64,000 bases of DNA from Bacillota bacterium. GTDB taxonomy: Bacteria; Bacillota; Ch66; Ch109. Position 1 is the stretch's first letter. Each line of letters opens with the position of its first letter. Under the pieces are notes generated by a model. That model was not told the origin of the DNA. It was given only the letters and a program-made list of their open reading frames with translations, and did no database searches. This document shows positions 35,998 through 46,424 of this stretch, in pieces. Both the position numbers and the translations under genes were made by a program. The stretch is taken from assembly GCA_050952625.1 (NCBI GenBank), contig JBMNLH010000001.1, forward strand, positions 32,001 to 96,000, read 5' to 3'.

Positions 35998-36993
35998 ATG
36001 CGGGAAGCTCTCTACTATGAAGCTAGAACAGAGAATAAAGTTAAGTGTCTCTTGTGTCCCCGGGAGTGCCTGTTAGCCCCGGGAAAGGCGGGCGTCTGCC
36101 GGATCAGAGAAAATCGAGACGGTCGGTTATATACTCGGAACTATGGCCGAGCCTCAGCCTGTGCTTTGGATCCGATCGAGAAAAAACCACTGTATCATTT
36201 TCACCCAGGGAGCACCATTTTGTCCCTCGGGACATTTGGCTGTAATTTTGGCTGCCGGTTTTGTCAGAATTGGTCTATCGCGCAGGCTGAGCCTTCGACG
36301 ATTAAGCTTCGCCCAGAACAAGTCATTCAAGCACTCCTGGAAGCGGCTGAACCCTACCGCTGTATTGGTTTAGCTTTTACCTATTCAGAGCCCCTGGTGT
36401 GGTATGAGTACGTGCAGGAGACAGCCGAGCAGGGGCAACGGGCCGGATTTAAAAACGTCCTGGTGACCAATGGCTTTATTCAGGAACAACCCTTAAAAGA
36501 ACTGCTTCCTTTGATTGATGCGCTGAATATTGATGTCAAGGCTTTTACCAATGAATTCTACCGGCACTGGTGCCGGGGGAGCCTTAAACCGGTCTTGCGG
36601 ACGGTTGAGTTGGCTGTAGTTCAGTGTCATGTCGAACTCACCACCCTGCTCATTCCGGGACTGAATGATTCAGCAGAGGAAATTAAGGACCTGGTTACCT
36701 GGGTAGCCGGTTTAAGCCCAGATATACCCCTGCACTTCTCCCGTTATTTCCCCAATTATCAACTGAATTTACCAGCCACCCCAGTATCAACCATGGAAAG
36801 GGCGTATGAAATCGCCCGGGAACAGCTTAACTATGTTTATCTAGGCAACCTCCCCGGGAACCAACGGAGCAACACCGCTTGTCCCCAGTGTTCGCAACTT
36901 CTGGTTGAACGCAACGGCTATCAGACCGAGGTAGTCGGGCTGTCTGGCCAGGCATGTGCCAACTGCGGTCAGTTAATTCCGATTATCAGATAA
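35998..36993 (+). CDS. amrS: AmmeMemoRadiSam system radical SAM enzyme
   Basis: CLLCPREC, DPIEKKPLYHF, GCNFGCRFCQN, TYSEP, PLHFSRYFP. Confidence 0.9.
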   Translation: MREALYYEARTENKVKCLLCPRECLLAPGKAGVCRIRENRDGRLYTRNYGRASACALDPIEKKPLYHFHPGSTILSLGTFGCNFGCRFCQNWSIAQAEPSTIKLRPEQVIQALLEAAEPYRCIGLAFTYSEPLVWYEYVQETAEQGQRAGFKNVLVTNGFIQEQPLKELLPLIDALNIDVKAFTNEFYRHWCRGSLKPVLRTVELAVVQCHVELTTLLIPGLNDSAEEIKDLVTWVAGLSPDIPLHFSRYFPNYQLNLPATPVSTMERAYEIAREQLNYVYLGNLPGNQRSNTACPQCSQLLVERNGYQTEVVGLSGQACANCGQLIPIIR

Positions 36994-37233
36994 GCTCTCA
37001 TGTTCTGATCGTGCTGCCAAGTAGGATAACGGCTCCTCTGATATACTCAGCTATACTCAGCCTCTCTCCGCATATTAAGCTCTCCGGACCCTACATCCCC
37101 CTTCGGACCGAACGCCAAGCGGCGGTTTAAATCACCAGCATTTCTTTTAATTCCCTTAAACCAACGGTACCAGAAAAAAAGGATATTTGTCGATATCGCT
37201 GAATAAGTATTGTTGGGGAGATACCCCTAGGGG

Positions 37234-38451
37234 GTGAGGGGATTGAAAATGAATTACAAAGAGCAGGCTCTCTGCGAACTACAAGCCATTGCCGACCAGA
37301 TAATTGAAATAAGCCGAGCAATCCATCAGCAGCCAGAATTGGGGAATCAGGAGTTTTTCGCGGTTCAACTGATCACCGGTTGCTTGGAAAAGTACGGCTT
37401 TACGATAACCCGAGAGTTGGCCAGCCTGCCGACAGCTTTTGCCGCCGAATACCAGGGCAAACGGGGAGGACCAAAGATCGCTTTTTTGGCCGAATATGAT
37501 GCCTTACCGGAACTGGGCCATGCCTGTGGCCATAATCTGATCGGAGCCGCCAGTCTAGGGGCCGGCCTGGTAGTGAGCCGCCTGCTGAGCGACATCGCGG
37601 GGACCGTTTTGGTGATTGGCACCCCGGCCGAGGAGACAAATGGAGCCAAGGTAACGCTAGTTGAAGCCGGGGTGTTTAACGAAATAGATGCTGCTTTAAT
37701 GTTTCATCCGGGAGACTGTAATGCTGTGGAGGTTAGTTCCTTGGCCCTAGATGCGCTGGAATTTACCTTCAAAGGCAAGGCAGCTCACGCCTCGATCTGT
37801 TCCCAAGGAGGAGTAAACGCCTTAGAAGCAGTACTCTTGCTGTTCGGCGGAGTGAACGCTCTGCGGCAATACCTGGGTGATGAGGTGTTGATTCACGGAA
37901 TTATTGCTGAGGGCGGGATCAGGGCGAATATTATCCCGGAACGGGCAGTAGCCCGCTTTTATATTCGCGCTCGGCAGCTCGACCAATTAGAAAGAGCGGT
38001 GGCCCGGGTTAAGGACTGTGCCCGGGGAGCAGCCACCATGACCGGCACCACAGTGGAGTGGCGAAACTACGAGTTTTCCTATAAAGGAATGATCAGTAAT
38101 CCGACCCTGGTCAGTTTGTTTAAGAAAAACCTTCGGGATTTGGGGGTCAAGGATCTGGTTGGCCCACGGGAAACCCTAGGCTCGCTGGACATGGGGAACG
38201 TTAGTCAGGTGACGCCCAGCCTGCATCCCTACCTTTTATTAAAGCCCCGGTTGATTCCGCATACTCAAGAATTTGTTGAGGCAGCCGGGTCAAAGGCCGG
38301 GGAACAGGTTTTGCTATTGGCAGTAAAGGCTTTAGCTTGGACTGCCATCGATCTTTTGCTTAACCAGCAGTTAGTGGAAAAAGCCCGGCGTGAGTTAGAG
38401 CGAAAACTGGCGGCCCAAAGCCAGGTGGAATGGGGAGCAGCCTCGAGTTAG
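37234..38451 (+). CDS. M20 family amidohydrolase
   Basis: PELG..E, AEYDALP..GHACGHNLI, GTPAEE, GS.DMGNVS. Confidence 0.88.
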   Translation: MRGLKMNYKEQALCELQAIADQIIEISRAIHQQPELGNQEFFAVQLITGCLEKYGFTITRELASLPTAFAAEYQGKRGGPKIAFLAEYDALPELGHACGHNLIGAASLGAGLVVSRLLSDIAGTVLVIGTPAEETNGAKVTLVEAGVFNEIDAALMFHPGDCNAVEVSSLALDALEFTFKGKAAHASICSQGGVNALEAVLLLFGGVNALRQYLGDEVLIHGIIAEGGIRANIIPERAVARFYIRARQLDQLERAVARVKDCARGAATMTGTTVEWRNYEFSYKGMISNPTLVSLFKKNLRDLGVKDLVGPRETLGSLDMGNVSQVTPSLHPYLLLKPRLIPHTQEFVEAAGSKAGEQVLLLAVKALAWTAIDLLLNQQLVEKARRELERKLAAQSQVEWGAASS

Positions 38452-38459
38452 ATATTAGG

Positions 38460-38540
38460 ATTGGATGTTGGACGTAAGGCGTGAAGGTGTGCAGTGTGAG
38501 ACGTGAGGAGTTAGGTGTTAGGCGTTAGGTGTGCGGGGTA
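38460..38540. repeat. degenerate G-rich heptamer repeats (also ~39770-39830, ~10468-10520, ~59520-59600)
   Basis: gtgagac/gtgagga/gttaggt/gttaggc units just after stop codons. Confidence 0.6.
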
Positions 38541-38726
38541 AATTTGGGATGGTTTTTGACTCGGATGGTGCAAGTATTAAACTTATAGTAACAAGGTGAA
38601 TTAAAATTGACGACCGGTCGGTTAACTCACCGGCTCTGAAAGTTATTAATTTATCTGAAGAAAGTATTAAAAATCTGGACAAGAAAATGTATAATAACTC
38701 GATAGGTAGTTTTAAACATTAAGGGA

Positions 38727-39773
38727 GTGAACTGGGTGATCAAAGTTGGGATTGTGGGCGACGGCTACACAGCGGAGGAACTCGTTCGCTTGTTGGCTCG
38801 TCATCCGGAAGCGGAAGTAATGGCGATTACCTCCCTATTAAATATAGGCCGGGGTTTTGATGAAGTATTTCCTAATCTTAAGCATTACACAAAAGTAACG
38901 TGTGAAAGCATGGACCTGCCATCATTTGTTGACCGCTGCGACGCGGTTATTGTTGCTTTGCCCCACGGTCAGGCAGTACCAGTAGTTAAAGAGGTGGTCG
39001 CTCAGGGCAAAAAAGTTGTTGACCTGGGTGCGGATTTCCGGTTTAAGCAGGTGGACGTCTATGAGAGTTGGTACAATGTCAAGCATGAAGCCCCTGATTT
39101 ATTAAAAGAGGCAGTCTACGGAATTCCGGAACTGTATGGTGATCAGGTCCGCAATGCGCGAATCGTCGCCAATCCCGGCTGCTTTCCAACTAGTGCCATT
39201 TTAGGACTGGCTCCGGCCTTAAAGGCCGGCCTTTTAGATACCCGGACCTTGATTGTTGATGCGAAGACCGGCGTTTCTGGTGCAGGAAGAACCCCTGGCC
39301 CAAACAATCTGTTTTGTGAAGCGAACGAAAACGTTAAAGCCTATAATGTGTGTACCCATCGGCATTCCCCGGAAATTGAACAGGTTTTCTCCTGGTTAGC
39401 CGGCCAAGAAGCGATAATTTCTTTCACGCCTCATTTGATTCCGATGTCGCGGGGAATTTTAAGCACCATCTATGGGTCCCTGATCCGGTCGATTACCCGG
39501 GACGAGATTCAGTCAATTTACGAAGAGTTTTATCGGGATTGTTTCTTTGTGCGGGTGCAGCCGGCCGGTCAGTTGCCGCTGACCCGGGCGGTTTATACTT
39601 CAAACCACTGTGATATTGGGCTGGTAATTGACGAAAGGACTAACCGCCTGGTGGTAATATCCGCCATTGATAACCTGGTCAAAGGGGCCTCAGGCCAAGC
39701 CATTCAAAACCTGAACCTGATGTTTGGCCTGCCGGAGACCTGCGGTCTGGAAGCGGCGGGTTTGTTGCCGTGA
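38727..39773 (+). CDS. argC: N-acetyl-gamma-glutamyl-phosphate reductase
   Basis: ALPHG, DLGADFR, ANPGCFPT, GVSGAGR, DNLVKGASGQA. Confidence 0.95.
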   Translation: MNWVIKVGIVGDGYTAEELVRLLARHPEAEVMAITSLLNIGRGFDEVFPNLKHYTKVTCESMDLPSFVDRCDAVIVALPHGQAVPVVKEVVAQGKKVVDLGADFRFKQVDVYESWYNVKHEAPDLLKEAVYGIPELYGDQVRNARIVANPGCFPTSAILGLAPALKAGLLDTRTLIVDAKTGVSGAGRTPGPNNLFCEANENVKAYNVCTHRHSPEIEQVFSWLAGQEAIISFTPHLIPMSRGILSTIYGSLIRSITRDEIQSIYEEFYRDCFFVRVQPAGQLPLTRAVYTSNHCDIGLVIDERTNRLVVISAIDNLVKGASGQAIQNLNLMFGLPETCGLEAAGLLP

Positions 39774-40054
39774 GGCGTGAGATATGAGGTGTGAAGACGT
39801 AAGGCGTGGGGTGTGAGGTGTGAGGTGAGCAGTTATTTAAGCCCGCATTAGTACGTTAGTTAATACACTTTTTAACCACTCACGCCTGCTAGGTACAACC
39901 GCGGGCGATAAGGGCGAGCATGTTTGTCATTGTTATCAATATGATCATTATTCGTTTATCGTGGTGCGGTCAGCGGATGATAGCACTGGACCTGACCGAA
40001 TTTAAAACACAAGCATTAAAGATATGTTAATGAAAGGTAAACGGTGATTAACCC

Positions 40055-41284
40055 ATGAGTATCAAACACGAGATAAAAGGCCTGGAAATTGTTCCCGGTG
40101 GAATTACTGCTCCCCGGGGCTTTCAGGCTGCAGCGGCGGCGGCGGAAATCCGCTATCCGGATCGGCCGGACTTAGCCTTGATCTGCTCAGAAGTACCGGC
40201 TGTAGCTGCCGCGGTTTATACCCGGAATAAGGTGCAGGCCGCCCCATTGATCGTTAGCCGGGAGCACCTGGCTAATGGCCAGGCTCAGGCAGTGGTCATC
40301 AATGCCGGTATTGCCAATGCCGCCACCGGTCAGCAAGGGCTGGCGGATGCCCGGCAAATGGCTTATCTGACGGCGGAGGCCCTACAGATCGCCCCAGAGA
40401 ATGTGGTCGTCGCTTCAACCGGCGTGATCGGCCAATTATTGCCCATGGAGCGGGTGGAAAAAGGCATCCGGCAGGCGGCAACTCAATTGAGCCCAGCCGG
40501 TGGGGCTGAGGCTGCTCAAGCGATTATGACCACGGATACCCGGCGTAAGGAGGTCGCAGTTAAACTGCATATTAGCGGCTGCCCGGTAACGATTGGCGGT
40601 ATGGCCAAGGGTTCCGGGATGGTTCATCCGGATATGGCGACTATGTTAGGCTTTATTACGACTGACGCCGCCATTGAGCCGGGAGTTTTACAACAAGCCC
40701 TAAAGGCATCGATTGACCGGTCGTTTAACCTGGTGACAGTGGATGGGGATACCAGTACCAATGACATGGTTTTATTGCTCGCCAATGGCCGGGCAAACAA
40801 TCCACGCATAGCCGGTGCAGGGCCGGACCTGGCCGCTTTCCAGGCCGGCCTTGATTATATAACCGTATATCTGGCCAAAGAGATTGCCCGGGATGGTGAA
40901 GGGGCTACCCGATTAATAGAAGTGAGAGTTATAAACGCTCCGTCCCTAGATGATGGCAAAAAGGCGGCTCGGGCGATTGCTGGTTCTAGTTTGGTTAAGT
41001 CCGCCGTCTTTGGTCGGGACGCCAACTGGGGCAGAATCCTGGCAGCCCTTGGGTATTCAGGGGCCGATTTTGAGCCGCAGCAGGTTGATATTTACCTCGG
41101 CGAAGTTTTGGTCGCTCGTGACGGAGCCGGCCTAGCTTTTGATGAGGAACTGGCCCGTCAAGTGCTGGAACAGGAAACGGTGGTTATCACCGTGGACCTG
41201 AAAGCCGGTCCGGCAGCAGTCACCGCTTGGGGTTGTGACTTAACTTTTGACTACGTTAAGATAAATGCCAGTTACCGAAGTTAA
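40055..41284 (+). CDS. argJ: ornithine acetyltransferase
   Basis: STGVIG, IMTTDT, KGSGMVHPDMATML, DGDTSTND, DGEGAT. Confidence 0.95.
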   Translation: MSIKHEIKGLEIVPGGITAPRGFQAAAAAAEIRYPDRPDLALICSEVPAVAAAVYTRNKVQAAPLIVSREHLANGQAQAVVINAGIANAATGQQGLADARQMAYLTAEALQIAPENVVVASTGVIGQLLPMERVEKGIRQAATQLSPAGGAEAAQAIMTTDTRRKEVAVKLHISGCPVTIGGMAKGSGMVHPDMATMLGFITTDAAIEPGVLQQALKASIDRSFNLVTVDGDTSTNDMVLLLANGRANNPRIAGAGPDLAAFQAGLDYITVYLAKEIARDGEGATRLIEVRVINAPSLDDGKKAARAIAGSSLVKSAVFGRDANWGRILAALGYSGADFEPQQVDIYLGEVLVARDGAGLAFDEELARQVLEQETVVITVDLKAGPAAVTAWGCDLTFDYVKINASYRS

Positions 41285-41417
41285 AACTATTATAAGTTGC
41301 AGATTGTGTTTTAGAAACCAGGTTAACGCTCACTGGTTTTAAGCTCACTGCTTGAAGCCTGTTATTTTTTCAATAACACTGGAAATTAATTACAGGCTGA
41401 AAGGGAGGTAAGTAACC

Positions 41418-42302
41418 GTGCTAACAGCGATTGAAAAGGCTGGCATTCTAGTCGAGGCATTGCCCTATATCAGAAAGTTTTTTGGTAAAACTATCGTTAT
41501 CAAATATGGCGGGCACGCCATGACTGATGAAAAACTAAAGCAGGCCGTCATGACGGATGTCATTCTGATGAAGTATGTCGGGATAAACCCAGTAATTGTC
41601 CATGGCGGAGGACCAGAGATTAATCATCTCCTTGATCGGTTAGGCATGAAGTCGTCCTTTATCCAGGGTCTTCGGGTGACTGACCGGGAGACCATGGAAA
41701 TAGTGGAGATGGTTCTAGTAGGTAAGGTTAATAAGGAAATAGTATCTTTGCTTAATCAAAACGGCGGCAAGGCAGTCGGGCTGAGCGGCAAGGATGGGCA
41801 ACTGATTGAGGCCCAAAAGAAGTTTTTAACTCCGTTTAATGGTGAGGAAGACCAGATTTATGAACTGGGGTTTGTCGGCGAAGTGGCCCGCATCAATCCA
41901 GAGATAATTGAAACCGTAGTGGAAAAGGGTTACATTCCGGTCGTTGCCCCGGTCGGGGTGGGCGCGGATGGCGAAAGCTATAACATCAACGCCGATTATG
42001 TAGCCGGGGCCATCGCCGCCGCCCTTCAGGCAGATAAATTGATCCTGTTAACTGACGTGGAAGGAATTTACGGAAAGTTTGGCGATGCCTCCACGCTTTA
42101 TTCGTCAGTTCGATTAACGGAAATACCCGGCTTAATTAATGAAGGGGTAATTTCCGGAGGAATGATTCCGAAAGTCCAGTGTTGTACCCAGGCAATCCAG
42201 GGAGGTGTTTCTACCGCCCATATCCTCGATGGCCGCATTTTCCATTCAATCCTGCTGGAGATTTTTACGGATCAGGGAATCGGCACCATGGTGGTGCGGT
42301 AG
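41418..42302 (+). CDS. argB: acetylglutamate kinase
   Basis: EALPYI, VIKYGG, VHGGGP, GLRVTD, NINAD, GGMIPK. Confidence 0.95.
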   Translation: MLTAIEKAGILVEALPYIRKFFGKTIVIKYGGHAMTDEKLKQAVMTDVILMKYVGINPVIVHGGGPEINHLLDRLGMKSSFIQGLRVTDRETMEIVEMVLVGKVNKEIVSLLNQNGGKAVGLSGKDGQLIEAQKKFLTPFNGEEDQIYELGFVGEVARINPEIIETVVEKGYIPVVAPVGVGADGESYNINADYVAGAIAAALQADKLILLTDVEGIYGKFGDASTLYSSVRLTEIPGLINEGVISGGMIPKVQCCTQAIQGGVSTAHILDGRIFHSILLEIFTDQGIGTMVVR

Positions 42303-42337
42303 GTTGATATACCAAGATCAATAAAGAGGAAGGGGTT

Positions 42338-43297
42338 TTGCTAATGTCAGAAGTTAAACTTTATCCAAGCTTTCAGGGACGCGACTTTATTTGTATGGCT
42401 GATTATACCCAGGAAGAGATCTACCAGATCTTTGAAGTCGCTCAGTCACTTAAGGAAAAACAGCGGCGACGCGAACCCCATCCTTTGTTAGCCGGTAAGA
42501 CGATGGGGATGATCTTTACCAAAAGTTCAACGCGGACCCGGGTCTCTTTTGAGGTCGGTATCTACCAATTAGGGGGATACGGACTTTTTCTCAGTGCTAA
42601 TGATATTCAACTAGGGCGGGGTGAGACCATTCATGATACCGCCAAGACCCTGTCGCGCTATCTGGATGGGATTATGATCCGTACTTTTGCCCATCAAGAT
42701 GTGCTTGATCTAGCTAAATACGCTTCGATTCCAGTCATTAACGGATTAACGGACTTGCTGCACCCTTGTCAAATCATGGGTGACTTTTTGACGATCTTGG
42801 AAAAGAAGGGACAACTCCAAGGTTTGAAATTAGCTTTTATTGGCGATGGAAATAATATCGCTCATTCCCTGCTGATCGGTGGAGCCAAGGTGGGCATGGA
42901 CGTGGTCATTGCCTGTCCGGTGAGTTATGAACCGGATTCGGCCATTTATCAACAGGCCAGTGCTATTGCCGGAACGACCGGAGCTCGGTTGCAAGTGGTC
43001 CATGACCCACGGGAAGCCGTCGTCGGGGCCGATGTTGTTTACACAGATGTTTGGGCCAGTATGGGGCAGGAAAAGGAAAGAGACAAGCGGATTCAGGATT
43101 TTGCTGGTTACTGCGTTGATGCCCAGTTATTAAAACTGGCTAAAGCGGAAGCGATTGTGATGCACTGTCTGCCCGCTCACCGGGGAGAAGAGATTACGGA
43201 TGAGGTCATGGATGGGCCACAATCAGTTGTTTTTGATGAAGCAGAAAATCGCTTGCATATTCAAAAGGCGATCATGGCTTTGGTGATGGCTTCATAA
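42338..43297 (+). CDS. argF: ornithine carbamoyltransferase
   Basis: SSTRTR, HPCQ, SMG, HCLP, AENR. Confidence 0.95.
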   Translation: MLMSEVKLYPSFQGRDFICMADYTQEEIYQIFEVAQSLKEKQRRREPHPLLAGKTMGMIFTKSSTRTRVSFEVGIYQLGGYGLFLSANDIQLGRGETIHDTAKTLSRYLDGIMIRTFAHQDVLDLAKYASIPVINGLTDLLHPCQIMGDFLTILEKKGQLQGLKLAFIGDGNNIAHSLLIGGAKVGMDVVIACPVSYEPDSAIYQQASAIAGTTGARLQVVHDPREAVVGADVVYTDVWASMGQEKERDKRIQDFAGYCVDAQLLKLAKAEAIVMHCLPAHRGEEITDEVMDGPQSVVFDEAENRLHIQKAIMALVMAS

Positions 43298-43596
43298 CTC
43301 AAATGAAATGAATTAGTTATTTAGTGCTCTGTATTCATAATTCATCATCGTTTTTAACTAAAAATACTTGTGAAAATAGCTAGGTAGTTTTAATATTGAG
43401 AAGGGGTTAGTCTTAGCCGAGAGAGATGGAGAGTATTTGGGCGATAATGGAAAAAAATCAAACCTTTTGTTTGACAGGTATCCAGTTAAAGACTAAAATT
43501 AGGTCGATATTGATAGCGGCGATTTTCGACAGACGGATGTTGATTTTCGCAAATTAATTTAAATGGTAGCTTAAGAATGCAGGAGGCGAATTAGAT

Positions 43597-44910
43597 TTGG
43601 CTCGAAGAAAGGTCTTAATCATGGGGGCCGCCGGTCGCGATTTTCACAACTTTAATGTGTTTTTTCGGGGTAATGCGGATTATGAAGTGGTTGCTTTTAC
43701 CGCCACCCAAATCCCGGATATTGAAGGTCGGGTTTATCCGAAAGAGTTAAGTGGGGAGCTTTATCCCGAGGGGATTCCCATCTATGCCGAGGAAGAACTA
43801 GTTTCTTTAATCAAGAAGCTTCAGGTAGATGAGGTAGTGTTTGCCTATAGTGATGTCACCCACGAATACGTTATGCATAAGGCTTCGACGGTCCTAGCCG
43901 CTGGTGCTGATTACCGCTTGATGGGGCCGCAATCGACCATGCTTAAATCCACTAAACCCATCGTGGCGGTCACGGCCGTGCGGACCGGCAGCGGTAAGAG
44001 CCAGACGACCCGTAAGGTCTGTGATACCTTAAAAGCCATGGGGAAAAAAGTAGTGGCGGTTCGGCATCCAATGCCCTATGGAGATTTAACCAAGCAAATT
44101 TGTCAGCGGTTTGCCACCTATGCTGACTTGGACCATTATGAATGCACCATTGAAGAGCGGGAAGAATACGAACCCCATCTTGATCGGGGCGTTGTTGTCT
44201 ACGCCGGGGTAGATTATGAAAAAATTCTCCGGGAAGCGGAAAAGGAAGCCGATGTAGTCGTCTGGGATGGAGGAAATAACGACATCCCGTTTTTTGCCCC
44301 GGACATTCATATCGCCGTTGTTGACCCGCACCGACCAGGGCATGAACTAGCCTATCATCCAGGAGAAACCAATCTCCGGATGGCTGGAGTAATAATCATT
44401 AACAAGATGGAGACTGCCTCACCCGAAGGAATTGATATAGTCCGTAAGAGCATTGAAGAAGCTAACCCGGAAGCACTGATCATTGAAGCTGCCTCACCAA
44501 TCTTTACTGAAGAACCTCAGAAGATTAAAGGTAAGCGAGTACTGGTCATTGAAGATGGCCCTACCTTGACGCATGGTGAAATGACTTACGGGGCCGGAGT
44601 AATTGCGGCTAAGCGATTTGGGGCCGCCGAAATAATTGATCCCCGACCCTATGCGGTCGAATCAATTAAGGAAACTTACCGCAAGTATCCCAATATCGGA
44701 ATTTTGCTGCCGGCGATGGGCTATGGAGCCAAGCAGATTCATGATCTTGAAGAAACAATTAATCGTGTTGACTGTGATACAGTAATCATTGCCACCCCAA
44801 TTGATCTTTCCCGGGTCGCCAAGATTAATAAGCCAGCAGTCCGGATTAAGTATGAACTGCAGGAAATTGGTTTACCTAACCTGTTCGATGTGTTAGACCG
44901 GCTAAAGTAG
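43597..44910 (+). CDS. arcE: arginine synthetase ArcE-like P-loop protein (often annotated cDPG synthetase or GTPase)
   Basis: MGAAGRDFHNFN, FTATQIP, RTGSGKSQT, RHPMPYG, TIEEREEYE, WDGGNND, EDGPTLTHG. Confidence 0.75.
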   Translation: MARRKVLIMGAAGRDFHNFNVFFRGNADYEVVAFTATQIPDIEGRVYPKELSGELYPEGIPIYAEEELVSLIKKLQVDEVVFAYSDVTHEYVMHKASTVLAAGADYRLMGPQSTMLKSTKPIVAVTAVRTGSGKSQTTRKVCDTLKAMGKKVVAVRHPMPYGDLTKQICQRFATYADLDHYECTIEEREEYEPHLDRGVVVYAGVDYEKILREAEKEADVVVWDGGNNDIPFFAPDIHIAVVDPHRPGHELAYHPGETNLRMAGVIIINKMETASPEGIDIVRKSIEEANPEALIIEAASPIFTEEPQKIKGKRVLVIEDGPTLTHGEMTYGAGVIAAKRFGAAEIIDPRPYAVESIKETYRKYPNIGILLPAMGYGAKQIHDLEETINRVDCDTVIIATPIDLSRVAKINKPAVRIKYELQEIGLPNLFDVLDRLK

Positions 44911-45247
44911 GCTAGTTAACGCTTGGTTTTAACTCGGTCAGCAGGCTAAACCGGGAACGAAAATATATGATGTAAACCGCTAATCGCTGACCTTTGTTAA
45001 AAACAAGGTACGATTGATTTATGGAAGAATTAACCTTAGATGAGCTGAATCGGGAGTCGGGCCTGGCAGCAGATAGCCGGTCCGAATTCTGGTTTGAAGC
45101 GGGAGTTTATGAAGCAATTCCGTCTAGAAACTCTGTCTAGCTGTTCGTCAGGTTCCGGGCGGTCCTGGTCCGGATCAGGTGCGAACAGCGCGCATCTCAC
45201 GCCCGACATTGTTTGTTAAAAGACTAAGCAAGGATTTGTCCTGCTGT

Positions 45248-45448
45248 CTATTTTTTTAGATAAATTACCTTTCCAGTGTCTGGATTAAAGGCCGGGCTTT
45301 TATTCGGACCTAGATCTCCTTTTGCAGCCAAATATGTATCAGGATCAAAGCTCGGGTTGGTGAAGAGTTGATGAAGAACAGCTAATTCTTCATCAGATAA
45401 AATATCGCGAGTATTTATTAATGATTTAGTGTCTGACTTATTCATCAA
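45248..45448 (-). CDS. small hypothetical protein
   Basis: 66-aa ORF with an AGGAGG RBS. Confidence 0.5.
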   Translation of the reverse strand: MMNKSDTKSLINTRDILSDEELAVLHQLFTNPSFDPDTYLAAKGDLGPNKSPAFNPDTGKVIYLKK

Positions 45449-45510
45449 TTAATCCTCCTTAATGATATTCTGTTACTAACTGTATATACTAAAAGTGCAG
45501 AGGCTATCAT

Positions 45511-45654
45511 TTAATAACCCATCTGATTGATAGCTAAAACCACCAGAGATACCAAGCCAATCATAAAAAAAGCACTAAAGGTAGCCCAAATTGTCCGACG
45601 ATAAACCCTTTTGTAATATTGATACTTTTCGGGTAATGAATTTGGATTTGCCAT
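45511..45654 (-). CDS. 47-aa single-TM protein downstream of the c-di-GMP riboswitch
   Basis: Manual translation MANPNSLPEKYQYYKRVYRRTIWATFSAFFMIGLVSLVVLAINQMGY; GGGAGG RBS. Confidence 0.6.
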   Translation of the reverse strand: MANPNSLPEKYQYYKRVYRRTIWATFSAFFMIGLVSLVVLAINQMGY

Positions 45655-45756
45655 GTCTTGATCCTCCCTTAATTTATCGGAAAAATAAAAATACCCGGTA
45701 TTAGTACCAGGGCATGCTAAAATTGGTCAAATTCCTGTCAATATTGACCCTTTTTG

Positions 45757-45837
45757 TGGCAACCCGGCTATCATAGGCTTTTCAGCCCTTAGACCCGTAG
45801 CTTTGCGTCATACCTTTTCAGGTATTTTGCCCTTAGC
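45757..45837 (-). ncRNA. c-di-GMP-I (GEMM) riboswitch
   Basis: Minus strand GGGCAAAATACCTGAAAAGGTATGACGCAAAGCTACGGGTCTAAG...ATGATAGCCGGGTTGCC. Confidence 0.9.
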
Positions 45838-46049
45838 ACTAAATAATAAATGTCTTTAATATATCCTATCAAAACCTGACTAATTTATCAAGGAAATGTT
45901 TGACAAGATTTTGCATATTTCTAGCAAAATCTTCCCAAACAAGTAATTGACACGGTAAAGACGGGTTCAGCAAAAACTGCCTCCCTTGACATATTTCCGG
46001 TTGTCCGGTAATTTAGATTATAAGAGAAAATATAAGAGCTAATGGAGGA

Positions 46050-46406
46050 ATGGTTATGCCTACTTATACCTTTGATTGTCCTAATTGTGGCCGGTTTGAT
46101 ATATCACTCAGGATGTCCTCGCCAAACTTGGACGAATGTCCAACCTGTCAAAGCCCAGTAAAAAAGGTTTTTTTACCGCAACGAGCTATCTTTCGCGGTG
46201 GACTTCCTAGCAACAGCTACGAGCGGCGGTATAGTTTCTTAAACATGGATAAACTAGCTTCTGGTAAAGTTACTCCCCAGGAAATGATGGAGGAATATAA
46301 AATAAAACGCTGGGGTGAAAAAGCTACTCCAGAACAAATCCTTGGGGATTTCAAACGCGAGTTAGATGAACAAGATCACCGTATAAAAAATTTGGAAACG
46401 GTTTAA
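46050..46406 (+). CDS. FmdB-family zinc-ribbon protein
   Basis: MPTYTFDCPNCG...ECPTC. Confidence 0.75.
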   Translation: MVMPTYTFDCPNCGRFDISLRMSSPNLDECPTCQSPVKKVFLPQRAIFRGGLPSNSYERRYSFLNMDKLASGKVTPQEMMEEYKIKRWGEKATPEQILGDFKRELDEQDHRIKNLETV

Positions 46407-46424
46407 CCGGCAGCCAAATTGCCT

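Noticed and set aside
34243-36993. AmmeMemoRadiSam genes as part of the RiPP cluster
   Set aside because: A widespread conserved module, separated from the cluster by a terminator-like hairpin and the CoA-transferase
43305-43350. ARG boxes upstream of arcE (TGAAT...ATTTA, TGTAT...ATTCA)
   Set aside because: Half-site spacing is 5 bp rather than 4; a single better match at 38597-38610 before argC is too weak alone
43597-44910. Cyclic 2,3-diphosphoglycerate synthetase annotation
   Set aside because: No 2-phosphoglycerate kinase nearby; the motifs and argF adjacency favour the ArcE clade
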